A program made the translations under genes and the position numbers. Below are positions 48,883-58,879 of a stretch of 64,000 bases of DNA, in pieces (position 1 is the stretch's first letter; each line of letters starts with the position of its first letter). The DNA is from Ostreococcus lucimarinus. Taxonomy: Eukaryota. Location: the NCBI GenBank assembly GCA_000092065.1, contig CP000596.1; one strand, 5' to 3'. The notes under the pieces were generated by a model. It was not told where the DNA came from and did not search any database. It was given only the letters and a program-made list of their open reading frames with translations.

Positions 48883-49374
48883 ATGGTACACACCGCGTCG
48901 CGCGCTCCGCTCGCGCTACGACTGGCGTCCCCGCGCAGCGTCAGGGACGGGGACGTTGTCCGCCGAGTCGCCAGCGCCGCGCCCGCTCGCGACGATCTAC
49001 CGCAGACCTCGCGCGCGTCCAACGCGTGCTCCACGCTCATCGCTATCGCGCTCACCGCCTCGGCGCCAGCGTGGGCTTTCGACGGCGACGCCGCTGGGGC
49101 GTTCTCCTCCAGAGGTTGCGTCGGGTGCCACGCCGCGGGCGGCAACGTCGTCGCCGCGTCGGCCACGCTCTTCGCTCGTGATCTCGAACGCAACGGTGTG
49201 GCGACCAAAGAAGATATTTCGAACTTGATAGAGCGAGGGAAAGGGAAGATGCCGGGGTACGGGGAGTCGTGCGCGCCCAAGGGCGCGTGCACGTTCGGCG
49301 CGCGTTTGGACGCCGAGGAAATCGACGCATTGGCGACGTACGTCCTCGATCGCGCCGCGGTCGATTGGAAGTGA
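48883..49374 (+). CDS. CYTC6A: Cytochrome c6A (c6-like, with Cys-containing loop insertion), thylakoid-lumen targeted
   Basis: CVGCH haem-binding motif and the Met ligand region. A 12-residue insertion GESCAPKGACTFGARL with two Cys is diagnostic of the c6A subfamily. A bipartite presequence ends in AxA (APAWA|FDGD). Confidence 0.8.
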   Translation: MVHTASRAPLALRLASPRSVRDGDVVRRVASAAPARDDLPQTSRASNACSTLIAIALTASAPAWAFDGDAAGAFSSRGCVGCHAAGGNVVAASATLFARDLERNGVATKEDISNLIERGKGKMPGYGESCAPKGACTFGARLDAEEIDALATYVLDRAAVDWK

Positions 49375-49459
49375 AACGAAATTGGATTGTTAGTTTTCAT
49401 CGTCGCCGAGCTTTGTATTTCAATTATAACTGTACAGGACATCTTGTCGAACGCTCGGC

Positions 49460-49915
49460 TCACCGCGTTGCGAGCGCTTCCGACGCCCCGCACGCCTCTC
49501 GAAGCGTCTCCACTAAGTGCATCATCTCCTCAGCGTCGCACATAAAATTCACGCGCTCGTCATTGCCCGAACCATCGCCTAAGACCCACGATATGTGAAA
49601 CGCCGGCTCGCGTCTATCTCCGTTGGCCGACGCGCTCACGACGTAATCCGCCCGACACGCGTGCGATTTCAACCGTTTCACCGCGCTCGACCGCGCGTGT
49701 CTTCGCAATTCCCGCTCTAACTCTCCTCTAATTTTCTCATATGCAGCTGCGACGCGCTGCGCGTTGGTTTTCGACGTTCCAGCGTCCCGCTCGAGCGTCG
49801 ACGCGACGTCGCCGCCGTCAAAGCCTCGTCTCGCCGCCTCCACGAACGTCACGGACACCCCCGCCACGGCGTCGCGCGCCTCGAGCGTCGACAATACCTC
49901 TCCAGCGTCTTCCAC
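49460..49915 (-). CDS. Hypothetical protein (possible COMM-like C-terminus)
   Basis: 151-aa ORF with ordinary composition and no confident domain. Confidence 0.3.
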   Translation of the reverse strand: MEDAGEVLSTLEARDAVAGVSVTFVEAARRGFDGGDVASTLERDAGTSKTNAQRVAAAYEKIRGELERELRRHARSSAVKRLKSHACRADYVVSASANGDRREPAFHISWVLGDGSGNDERVNFMCDAEEMMHLVETLREACGASEALATR

Positions 49916-50219
49916 CGTCGTCTTTGACGTGAGCGCGCTCGAGACGTGCGAGAGGACGGCGTTTAACGCGTTCGCATCGCACCGGTCGATGGATTCCAGT
50001 CGTTTTCGTACGCTCGCCTGCGCGCGTGAGAGCGATCGAGGTCGTCAGTCAGTGACGTGCGAAGCGCGATGAAACGCGACGTCGAGTCGAAATCGAATTT
50101 CAGGTCGAACGCGCGTTTCGTCGCACCCCGAGGTCCATGGCGTTGAGTTGTGCGGTGCGAGACGCCGCGCGCGCAGATTTTAATTTTTACTCGAACCACA
50201 CTACAATCGCTACTTTGAG

Positions 50220-51164
50220 CTAAACCGCTCGAACCGCGACATCGTCGTTGGCGTGAAATGTTGCGATCCAACCATGCTTGAGCACGACGCATTCGTGCCC
50301 GAAGAGATGCGCATTCTTTCTCGCGGATGTGGCGAACGCGCGCCGAAACGCCGGCGCGTCCTCGACTGCGCTCAAGAAGACTTTGTTGTGCCCGATGCAG
50401 AACGGTACGCGCGTGCCACCTTGTGCGAGGTACTGTCCAAGCCCACTGATGCATCCGGGCCAATCGGGATTGAAACAGTCGTCCAAGATAATGACGCCGT
50501 GAGCGTGTGAGCACGACTCGGCAAGGCGTAAATCAGCGAGCGTGCACTCAGCCGTGTGAGAACCATCGACGCTAAACATGCGCACATCGATCGCGTCGGC
50601 ACCATCGCCAACAACATCGCTCGGTTTTAAATCTGTCGAATTTCCCTGGATCACCTTGATGAAACTCGGCACGCCGTTTTCGTCCGTCGGCGTCCAACCG
50701 TCGACGTCGGCGCAAAACTTTCGGCAATTCTTTGTAAATTTACGCAAGTTCCCTCGTCCGCTTTCATCGACGTTAAAGTCTTGCTCCTCGAAGCAATCAA
50801 TCGCTATGCACCTTTCTTCCTCGCGCCTGCGTAGCGCCGTCAGAGCTAAAAACGACCGTCCATGATAGACGCCAATTTCGCACAACGCCGTCCTCTCCGC
50901 TGTCCCCAAACCGAACGCGTCCTGCTGCACCCTGTCGATAGTCTCGTACGCCTCCACGCATCCCAGCTCAAAGAACCCGCTCACAGACGTCAACGCTTCC
51001 ATCACCCGGCGCGTTCGCTCGCTCGCCGCGCTCGCGCACGACGCAGCGTGTTCGTTTCGTCGTCGCTCGGCGGCTGAACGAACTTTCGTGTCGTCGAACG
51101 ACGACGACGCCCGCGCGGTGGCGGTGCGCGCGCGCGCCGAGACGACGCGCGGGCACGATGACAT
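50220..51164 (-). CDS. Class-I SAM-dependent methyltransferase-like protein (Methyltransf_24/TylF-like)
   Basis: CEIGVYHGRSFLAL (E.GV.rG.S motif) ... DAIDVRMFSVDGSHTAECTLADLRLA...GVIILDDC. Confidence 0.45.
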   Translation of the reverse strand: MSSCPRVVSARARTATARASSSFDDTKVRSAAERRRNEHAASCASAASERTRRVMEALTSVSGFFELGCVEAYETIDRVQQDAFGLGTAERTALCEIGVYHGRSFLALTALRRREEERCIAIDCFEEQDFNVDESGRGNLRKFTKNCRKFCADVDGWTPTDENGVPSFIKVIQGNSTDLKPSDVVGDGADAIDVRMFSVDGSHTAECTLADLRLAESCSHAHGVIILDDCFNPDWPGCISGLGQYLAQGGTRVPFCIGHNKVFLSAVEDAPAFRRAFATSARKNAHLFGHECVVLKHGWIATFHANDDVAVRAV

Positions 51165-51425
51165 TTAAATTATGAATCGACACGACCGCTTGTTGAGAAC
51201 TTTGTTGAGTTATTACAACGACTCGCGTTGTGCGGCGAAGGACGCCGGCGTTGAGAAAACGCCGAGACGCGTCGCGGCTTGACGCTAGCGATAGATAGAC
51301 CGTGGGAAAATCTCTACTCGAAGAACGGGATTCTTCGTGGTAATGAGTGAAAGTTTATTGTTTCATTCGCGCCATCGCCCGTGATGCTCGCGAATGGGGT
51401 GGCTCGCGCGTCGTCGCGACGACGT

Positions 51426-52433
51426 TTACAACTTCGGAATGAAGGAGTTCGTCGGCGTGCACTCGCGCATGAAAACCATGGCGGCGCCGAGGTGCATGGC
51501 GCTCAGAGCGCGGCCCCAGGGCTGAACCATTTGCGGCGCCAAAGAAGTGGCGACGATGAGAAGCTCGAGGCACAAGAACAACGCGGCGCGTCGGGTGGAG
51601 TAGCCAGAGATGTAGCCCAAGGCGACGCACGTGCTGACGACGTGGTGCAGCGGGTGGAAGATCAAGCCGGCGACCGGGCCGAGGACGCCCGGACCGGTCA
51701 TGCCGGCGGCGGTGAACTTGGCCATGGACGAGCCTTGCATCATGAGGAAGCTCATCATCAAGCCCGGAACAGCGATCGCGAGCTTGCGAAGCGCGGCGGC
51801 TTGCTTGGAAGAAAAGTAGCCGCGCGCCTTGCGCGTCGTGAGCAACAAAAGAATGGCGTTCGAGTACTTGAACGCCATGGCGTTGCGAATGAACACATCG
51901 CGAACGCCGTGCGAAGAGCCGGCGATCATGGTGTTACCGCATAAGAATAAGCTCATAGCGGTGAAGAGCGCCGGAATGTCACTGTTCGACCCGATGCCCA
52001 AGATGGCGCCGAAACCGATGAGAAACTGCACGAAGCTCCAGTGCGCGCCGAACCACGCGGCGCCGACGGGCGCCAACGGCCCGGACGCTCCCTTCAACCC
52101 GAGCGACTTAAACATCGCCGCCGTGCCTCGTCCACCGAGCTCCGGCACGCCCGCGTACGCGATCGACGTCGCCGCACCGTACGCCCCGAGTCGTTCCAAA
52201 AACGTCTTCAACCCGCTCACCGACGTCAGCATCGTCGCCGTCGCCTTCGCGTTTCCGAGCACGTTCAAATTCACGAGCGTCGTCAACGGATTCCCGATCT
52301 TCGGCAAACTCGGAAGTTTAGACTTCGGGCTCGAGCGCGTGCTTCGCGCCGACTTCTTCGAGCTCGATCTCTTCGAAGGCGCGCGTCGCGCGCCCGCCAT
52401 GGTCGCTTCTCTCGTCGTTGAATTAATTCCCAC
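51426..52433 (-). CDS. Hypothetical multi-pass membrane protein (Gly-rich helices, presequence-like N-terminus)
   Basis: 335 aa with several hydrophobic segments (FVQFLIGFGAILGIG, LFLCLELLIVATSLAP) and no recognisable family. Confidence 0.4.
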   Translation of the reverse strand: MGINSTTREATMAGARRAPSKRSSSKKSARSTRSSPKSKLPSLPKIGNPLTTLVNLNVLGNAKATATMLTSVSGLKTFLERLGAYGAATSIAYAGVPELGGRGTAAMFKSLGLKGASGPLAPVGAAWFGAHWSFVQFLIGFGAILGIGSNSDIPALFTAMSLFLCGNTMIAGSSHGVRDVFIRNAMAFKYSNAILLLLTTRKARGYFSSKQAAALRKLAIAVPGLMMSFLMMQGSSMAKFTAAGMTGPGVLGPVAGLIFHPLHHVVSTCVALGYISGYSTRRAALFLCLELLIVATSLAPQMVQPWGRALSAMHLGAAMVFMRECTPTNSFIPKL

Positions 52434-52882
52434 GCGCGAATGTCAATTCGCCTCCTGAGGTCGCGCTCGCGCGTGTCCCGCGCTCGACCGCGCGTGAACC
52501 GCGCTTCGTGCGTTCGCGCGTGAAGCGCGTTCGTTCTCTCGCTTCGATGCTTCGATGCGTCGGTGGTCCTCGACGCGTCGTTCGCGAACGTTCGTCACGC
52601 GCGCGTCACGAAGTGTCGCGCCGCGCAACCGTCGCTTCGCGCGCGTGTCGCGTCGCGTCGCGTCGCGTCGCGTCGCGATCGTTCCCCTCTCGACGCGTAC
52701 TCTACGCGTTTTATCGCCATCGCGCACATTTTCCACACGTCCCCAAAGTGCGCGCGCCAGCGCATCGGTCGAGGGGAACGAGCGCTGACGGCGCGAGTCA
52801 CCGAATGTCCGAACCATCGCGCGTGATCACCGGTCGTGACTCAAAAAGAGTCATAATTCAATAAAATACGGTACGCGACGCA

Positions 52883-53548
52883 TTGAGAGTCACAAAAACC
52901 CTAAACGACCGAAACGTCGATCGGCGTCGACCGACGCGCCGCGCCGCGCGTCGATCGACGCGCGACGACGGCGCGAGATCGCGACGCGACGCGATGGCGT
53001 ACGCGGGCTACGCCCCGGGACACCGCGTCGTCGAGCGCACGCCGCTCGAGCGCGCGCTCCGCGCGATCGCGCGCCCGGAGACGCTCGATCTGCTCGAGCG
53101 ACTGAGCAAGAACGTCGCGCGCGCGCCGAGCGAGGCCAAGTATCGAAAGTTGAAGCGCGCGAACGCGACGATCGGGCGAGAGATATTCGACGACGAGCGC
53201 GCGATGCGGGCGATGATGACCATGGGGTGGATCGCGGAGACGATCGAGGGGTCGGAGTGCCTGACGCTGCCGAGAGGGACGACGACGACGATGCGAGAGG
53301 TGCGCGCGATGGACGAGGCGCGGACGGCGCTGCGACGAAGGCTGGAGGAGGAGATGCGGGCGAAGATACGAGCGAGAGCGATGGCGAATGATCCGCGGAG
53401 AGCGGCGCTGAGGGAGGCGGTGGAGGCGGATCGAGCGGAACGCGCGGTGAGGGAACCGGTGACGACGGGGTCGCGCGCCGCGGCGCGAGGGACGGGGACG
53501 ACGGTGACGGCGAAGGAGGTCGGCGCGTCGGGAAGCTCGGGGTGCTGA
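52883..53548 (+). CDS. PUB (PNGase/UBA-or-UBX) domain protein
   Basis: LDLLERLSKNVARAPSEAKYRKLKRANATIGREIFDDERAMRAMMTMGW fits the PUB-domain pattern (..N..P.e.KYRkir.sN..f...). Confidence 0.55.
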   Translation: MRVTKTLNDRNVDRRRPTRRAARRSTRDDGARSRRDAMAYAGYAPGHRVVERTPLERALRAIARPETLDLLERLSKNVARAPSEAKYRKLKRANATIGREIFDDERAMRAMMTMGWIAETIEGSECLTLPRGTTTTMREVRAMDEARTALRRRLEEEMRAKIRARAMANDPRRAALREAVEADRAERAVREPVTTGSRAAARGTGTTVTAKEVGASGSSGC

Positions 53549-54020
53549 GGATAATGCGCTATTACGCGACGGCGCGATGTGAGCGGACGAGACGCGGACG
53601 CACCCGCTCGCTCGCTCGCTCGCGCGCGCGCTCGTCGCGTAATAGTCGCGCCGCGGCGCGCGTTCCGCGCGTTCGATTGGAACGGTCGCGCGCGATCTCG
53701 CGAGGAATTCGTTCGCATCGTCGCCGTGCGAAAACCATGGCTTCGACGATGACGACCACGACACAGTCCTCGCGACTCGCGCGCTCGTCGTGACGCCAAG
53801 TCGAGTAACCGTCGAGCGTCTCCGCGCTCGACGTTCGTCTTCGCCGATAACCGCCGAACAATCGACGCGAACGCTCGCGTAAGATTTATCACATCATTCA
53901 TTTCACGCGCCATCATTCTTTGTACGTTGTTATACACTACACTCATTCATACGCGAACGCTCGCCTCGCCGCCGTCTCGTCTCGCGCCCGCCGCACTTTG
54001 TCCCTCGCGCGTTCGCCGTC

Positions 54021-54884
54021 ATGCCCATCATCGACGTCGCCATCGGCCCGTTGATCCAAATGGCCGAGGCCGCGTCGCTCGGCATGCCGTTTGAGGTCTG
54101 GAAGACCCGCATGGGTCGTAAGCGCGACGAGAGCACGCTCCGCGCGTTCGCAAACATTTACCGCGAGGGCGGCCCTAGCGCTTTTTGGCGCGGAACGCAG
54201 GCGAAAATGGTGGAAAGCGCGACGAAAGGGGCGATATTGATGTACGCGAAGGAAGGCATAAACGATGGGTTACTCGCGAGCGGATGGACGCCCGGAGCGG
54301 CGGGCGTGGCGGCGGGCGCGGGTGGTGGGATCGCGCAGGTGAGCGTCATGGCGCCGACGACGTACTTGGTCACGGGCGCGGTGAACTCGCCCGGCATGTC
54401 GACGATGGAGCGGATACGGACGACGTACGCGCGGGGAGGGATCGGAGGATTTTATCCAGGCGGTGTCGCCATCGCGTTCCGGCAAGCGACGAATTGGGCG
54501 TCGAGACAAGGATTCACAGAGATCGTTCGCGAAAAGGCGCGAACGGCGATTTACGGCGACGCCGAGGGCGCGAAATTGACCAAGTGGGAAGAAGTCGGGT
54601 GCGGGATCGTCGGTGGGACGTTGGCGTCGTGGAATCATCCGTTTGAAGTCGCGCGGATCGAGGCGCAGAGTCGTGGGAACGCCGGAATTCCCACCGGGAA
54701 CATGGTGAGCGTGATGCGCGACATCGTCAAGGAGAGCGGCGTCGGCGGTTTGTTTCGCGGCATCGTTCCTCGCATCGGATTGGGAATTTGGCAGACGCTC
54801 TTCATGGTGACCGGGGCAAAGATGGTGAAGGAGACTTTGAAAGAGAACGGGTATCTCGAGAACGCCGGTTCGGGCGGGCATTAA
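54021..54884 (+). CDS. Mitochondrial carrier family protein (substrate unknown)
   Basis: Three carrier repeats with P-x-[DE]-x-x-[KR]-like signatures: PFEVWKTRM, PFEVARIE. 287 aa with six TM segments. Confidence 0.75.
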   Translation: MPIIDVAIGPLIQMAEAASLGMPFEVWKTRMGRKRDESTLRAFANIYREGGPSAFWRGTQAKMVESATKGAILMYAKEGINDGLLASGWTPGAAGVAAGAGGGIAQVSVMAPTTYLVTGAVNSPGMSTMERIRTTYARGGIGGFYPGGVAIAFRQATNWASRQGFTEIVREKARTAIYGDAEGAKLTKWEEVGCGIVGGTLASWNHPFEVARIEAQSRGNAGIPTGNMVSVMRDIVKESGVGGLFRGIVPRIGLGIWQTLFMVTGAKMVKETLKENGYLENAGSGGH

Positions 54885-54968
54885 TCAATACGATCTTTTC
54901 GTCAGTCTTTGTTGAGCGCGACTCCTTTCTAATCCTCCGAAACATCACATCTCGTCGCGTCGTTCAAG

Positions 54969-56237
54969 ATGTCAATCCGCGCCGTGCTCGCGTCACTCAA
55001 CGATCCGCGCGATCGTCGATGCGTGCGCATCGTCTGCGTCGCGTTAATCGCGTTCGAACTCGCGTTGTGCGCGGTAATCATCGCCAAAGTTGCCTACACA
55101 GAAATCGATTGGATCGCGTACATGGAGGAAGTGCACGGCTATGCGCGAGGCGAGCGCGATTACACCAAACTGAAAGGTGGCACTGGACCTTTGGTATACC
55201 CAGCTGGGTTCGTGTACGCGTACAAGGCGCTGTATGATTTGGTGGGTGGGCTTGAACGCGGGACGAGCGCGCGCGGCGTGGCGACGGCGCAAGTCGTCTT
55301 CGCGTTAGTGTACGCCGCGCATCAAGCGCTGGTGTTCTCGATGTACGCGATGTGTGAAATTATACCACCGTGGGCGTACGCATTGTTGTGCCTGTCGAAG
55401 CGCGTACACAGTATTTTTGTGCTTAGAATGTTCAACGACGGCGTCGCGATGGCGTTGGCGTATGGCGCGACGACGTTGTTTCAACGCAAAAGGTGGATCG
55501 CGGGGAGCGTGGTGTTTTCTCTCGGAGTGTCGGTGAAGATGAACGTATTATTGATGCTTCCTGGGTTATTGGTACTGCTGGTAGGAGGTACGAGCGCGGG
55601 AACGGCCATCGGAGCTGTCGCGGCGATTGTGGGGACGCAAATCGCGCTCGGCGCGCCGTTTCTTGCGACGTATCCTCGCGAGTATCTAAGCCGCGCGTTC
55701 GAGCTCGGTCGCGTGTTCACGCACAAGTGGAGCGTCAACTTCAAGTTTGTGTCGGAAGACATTTTTGTGTCGAAGTCATTCGCAAAATACCTACTTCTTG
55801 CGCACTTGGTCTGCTTGTTTGTCTTCGCGCACCGACGGTGGTGCGCACGCGAAGGGGGATTTTTCTTCAATTTCGTGCGAGATTTCTTCAAACGCTTGCT
55901 CCTGAGGAACGTTGATGGCGTGCAATCGACGTTTACCCCCGCGCACGTCGCGCTGGTGCTGGCGCAGAGTAACTTGATCGGCATCGTTTTTGCGCGTTCG
56001 TTGCATTATCAATTTTATTCGTGGTACTTTCACACTATACCCCTGTTGCTTTGGTCCAACCCACGAGTGCCGGTGGGGGCTAAGCTCGCAATCATGGGTG
56101 CGATAGAGTGGTGTTGGAACGTCTACCCGTCCACGCCGACGTCGAGTAAGATTTTCGTCGTCATTCACCTCGGTGTTCTGGCAGTTGCTTACGCCGCGCC
56201 GACGGCGTCGAGACGTGGCAAACAAAAGAGCGCGTAG
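54969..56237 (+). CDS. ALG3: Dol-P-Man:Man5GlcNAc2-PP-Dol alpha-1,3-mannosyltransferase (ALG3)
   Basis: TEIDWIAYMEEVHGYARGERDYTKLKGGTGPLVYPAGFVYAY is the conserved ALG3 N-terminal block. Multi-TM topology. Confidence 0.85.
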   Translation: MSIRAVLASLNDPRDRRCVRIVCVALIAFELALCAVIIAKVAYTEIDWIAYMEEVHGYARGERDYTKLKGGTGPLVYPAGFVYAYKALYDLVGGLERGTSARGVATAQVVFALVYAAHQALVFSMYAMCEIIPPWAYALLCLSKRVHSIFVLRMFNDGVAMALAYGATTLFQRKRWIAGSVVFSLGVSVKMNVLLMLPGLLVLLVGGTSAGTAIGAVAAIVGTQIALGAPFLATYPREYLSRAFELGRVFTHKWSVNFKFVSEDIFVSKSFAKYLLLAHLVCLFVFAHRRWCAREGGFFFNFVRDFFKRLLLRNVDGVQSTFTPAHVALVLAQSNLIGIVFARSLHYQFYSWYFHTIPLLLWSNPRVPVGAKLAIMGAIEWCWNVYPSTPTSSKIFVVIHLGVLAVAYAAPTASRRGKQKSA

Positions 56238-56311
56238 TGTGAGTAGTGTGTAATAGCCTAGCTTAGAGCCCACAATTGTACAAAATGATAGATATATATA
56301 CAAAGCAGGTA

Positions 56312-57382
56312 CTAAATCTGAATCCCGAAGAAACGATCCCAAAACGTCGCCGTTCGCGTGACGTAGAAGCTTCGTCCCGACGGCGACGTCAAAGGTCCTT
56401 CGTAATCCACGGAGTCCGTCATCTCGCCGTAGCCTTTACCCGCGCCAGCCATGACGCGATCATCGTCGTATTCTTCTAGTAAGCCCGCTTCTTTGAGTTT
56501 ATCTTGAAGCTCCGACCGTCTGGCCTCCATGGTGAGCACCAAGTCGCCCAACGCGCGCGTGCGCTGACGATCAATTTGACGCAGCCTAGCCACCGCCTCG
56601 GCTTGCTGTTGTGCCTGTTGCAGCACGCTTCGCGTCTGTTCGATGAGTTCAAACTGCCCCTCGTCGTTTAATTCCTTAATCTCGACATTAATCGACACCG
56701 GTCGCTCGCCAATCAAATCAAACTCGTTTTCGCGTTGCTGCAACAAGCGCCGCACCGCCTGCAATTCTCGCTCCTTTTCTTGATGCTGCGCGTGCAAGTC
56801 CTGCATTTTCTGCGTCAACTCCTTCACGCGCGTGATCAAAACACCATTCTGATGCTCCACACTCCCAGGAAGCGCACCCCCGGTCTGCTCTACCGTCTGT
56901 CCCTGCAGCGCCGCCTTGCGCACCGCGCTCAAAGATTTCGCCGTCTCTCGCAATATATTCTCCGTCACCTCCCGCTTCATCGTCTCTCGCACCAGCGTCG
57001 CCTGCGTCTCAAACAACCTCTTCTCATTCGTCTCCACCTTTTCCTCCAAATTCATCTCCTCGTACCGCTTCAACGGCGTCCTCGACCGCGCGCTCGCGCT
57101 CGTCGCCGGCGTCCTCGTCGCCGTCTCTCCGTTCCCGCGCTCTCCGAGCGTCGTCAACCGTCCGTTCGTCGCCTCCGGCGCCGGCACCGGTCGCGATCCG
57201 ATCGCTCGCGGCCGATTCGCGGCGCCATCGACGACGCGTTTCGTCACCGTTCGCACCGGGATCTCGTCCACGGTTTGAATCGTCTTCACCGTGCGCGTCA
57301 CCGTGCGCGTCACCGTCGTCCCGTCCGCGAGCGTCTCGGTGTTTTCGTTCGTTTCGCGCGCTTTCGCGTCGCCCTCGCCCAT
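56312..57382 (-). CDS. Coiled-coil protein of unknown function
   Basis: 356 aa with a long heptad-like region (LQAVRRLLQQRENEFDLIGERPVSINVEIKELNDEGQFELIEQ...). Confidence 0.45.
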   Translation of the reverse strand: MGEGDAKARETNENTETLADGTTVTRTVTRTVKTIQTVDEIPVRTVTKRVVDGAANRPRAIGSRPVPAPEATNGRLTTLGERGNGETATRTPATSASARSRTPLKRYEEMNLEEKVETNEKRLFETQATLVRETMKREVTENILRETAKSLSAVRKAALQGQTVEQTGGALPGSVEHQNGVLITRVKELTQKMQDLHAQHQEKERELQAVRRLLQQRENEFDLIGERPVSINVEIKELNDEGQFELIEQTRSVLQQAQQQAEAVARLRQIDRQRTRALGDLVLTMEARRSELQDKLKEAGLLEEYDDDRVMAGAGKGYGEMTDSVDYEGPLTSPSGRSFYVTRTATFWDRFFGIQI

Positions 57383-57447
57383 GGCGGTCGTCGCGCCGTC
57401 GCGCGCGCGCGTGTGACGTCGTCGCCGCGAATCGAATCGGGGTGTCG

Positions 57448-57466
57448 GGCGCGCCGAACCCTAAAC
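57448..57466. promoter_or_regulatory. Telo-box-like element (AAACCCTAAACCCTAA) in the bidirectional promoter between the coiled-coil gene and the CAD gene
   Basis: gaaccctaaaccctaactaaacg, about 50 nt upstream of the CAD ATG. Confidence 0.5.
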
Positions 57467-57512
57467 CCTAACTAAACGCGCGACACTAATCGACGCGTCG
57501 TTCGATTCGCGC

Positions 57513-58801
57513 GAACGACGCGATGGCGACGAAAGCGCGCGCGGTCGGTGCGTGAGAGCGCGCGAGGGCGCGCGCGAGCGTCGACGCGACGCCTCGACGA
57601 CGACGACGACGACGCGGAAGCGCGCGGTCGATGAGATTCGTGACGATTGATTGATTTCTTCGTGACGCGACGCTTCCATCGGGACGCGACGCCTCGACGA
57701 CGACGACGACGACGACTGACGAGCGATGGATTGGACGCGAGCGCAGCGGCGACGAAGGCGAGCCTGGACGCGTTCGAGACGATCGACGTCGAGCGACACG
57801 CCGTCGGGGACGATGACGTGAGCTTCGACTTGGCGTATTGCGGTATATGCCACACCGACCTGCACTTCGCGATGAACGACTTGGGGAACACGCGGTATCC
57901 GATCGTTCCGGGACACGAGCTCATCGGAACGGTGACGGAGGTTGGTAAAAATGCGGCGTCGAGAGGTTTCGCGATCGGGGACGTCGTCGGCGTGGGATGC
58001 ATCGTGGATTCGTGCTTGGCTTGTAAATACTGCGCCTCGAACGAAGAACAATATTGCGAAGCGGGCATGACGATGACGTACGGCGGCGAAACGAAGCATG
58101 GGCGAGCCGGCCCGAACGGTCAAATCACCGTCGGTGGGTACAGTACCAAGCACGTCGTCGACTCAAGATTCGCGATTAAGATTCCCAAGGGCGTGGATGA
58201 CCTCGCTGCGTGCGCGCCCCTTATGTGCGCCGGTATCACGCTGTTTGATCCCATCAAGGCGTTCGGCGTGCGAGAGGGCATGCGAGTCGGCGTCGCGGGT
58301 ATCGGTGGATTGGGTCAAATGGGGATTAAAATCGCCGCCGCGCTCGGCGCCGAGGTCACCGCGATTTCTCGCACGAACGCCAAGGAGGCCAAGGCCAAAG
58401 CCGCCGGCGCGAAGCACTTCATCGCGTCGTCGGACGCCGAGGCGATGAAGAACGCCGCGGGCTCGCTTGACTTGATTCTTGACACCGTCTCCGCTAGCCA
58501 CGACAGCGAACCGTACGCGGCCATGCTCGATAAGAAGGGCACACTGTGCTTGCTTGGGTTACAAACGGCGCCCGTCGCGGTGAACGCGACGCAGTTTGTC
58601 TTCAACCGCATCGCCGTCACCGGATCGTTGATCGGTGGCATCAAAAATACACAAGAGATGATCGATTTTTGCGTCGAGAAGAAGCTGTATCCGGAAATCA
58701 AAATTATCGACGCGAAGGAAATTCCCGAAGCGCTCAAGAACTTGAACGACGGTAACGACGCGGGCGTTCGATACGTCATCGACTGCAAGACAATCAAGTA
58801 G
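57513..58801 (+). CDS. Zinc-type (MDR) alcohol dehydrogenase, cinnamyl/sinapyl-alcohol or mannitol dehydrogenase-like; two exons (57513..57537 and 57747..58801)
   Basis: YCGICHTDLH, GHELIG, GVGCIVDSC..C..C, GIGGLGQMGIK Rossmann motif. The large ORF has no in-frame ATG. An upstream micro-exon ATGGCGACGAAAGCGCGCGCGGTCG joins via G|GTGCGTGAGAG donor, gACTGACgagcgatggattggacgcgagcgCAG acceptor (phase 1). The product is MATKARAVAATKASLDAFETIDVERH..., a typical CAD N-terminus. Confidence 0.8.
57538..57746 (+). other. Intron (about 209 nt) of the CAD-like gene, introner-like
   Basis: gtgcgtgagagcgcgcgagggcgcg...gacgactgacgagcgatggattggacgcgagcgcag. The internal 29-nt segment gacgcgacgcctcgacgacgacgacgacg is duplicated. 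Confidence 0.7.
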
Positions 58802-58879
58802 ATGCGCGGATCTCTTTTATTTTTCAATCTTACGAAATTCTTTACTACAGCTCTGCATTTCAATTTCAAATCATTCGCG

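Noticed and set aside
52901-53946. Minus-strand ORFs (287 and 312 aa) antisense to the PUB-domain gene
   Set aside because: R/S-rich low complexity. The plus strand carries a recognisable PUB domain.
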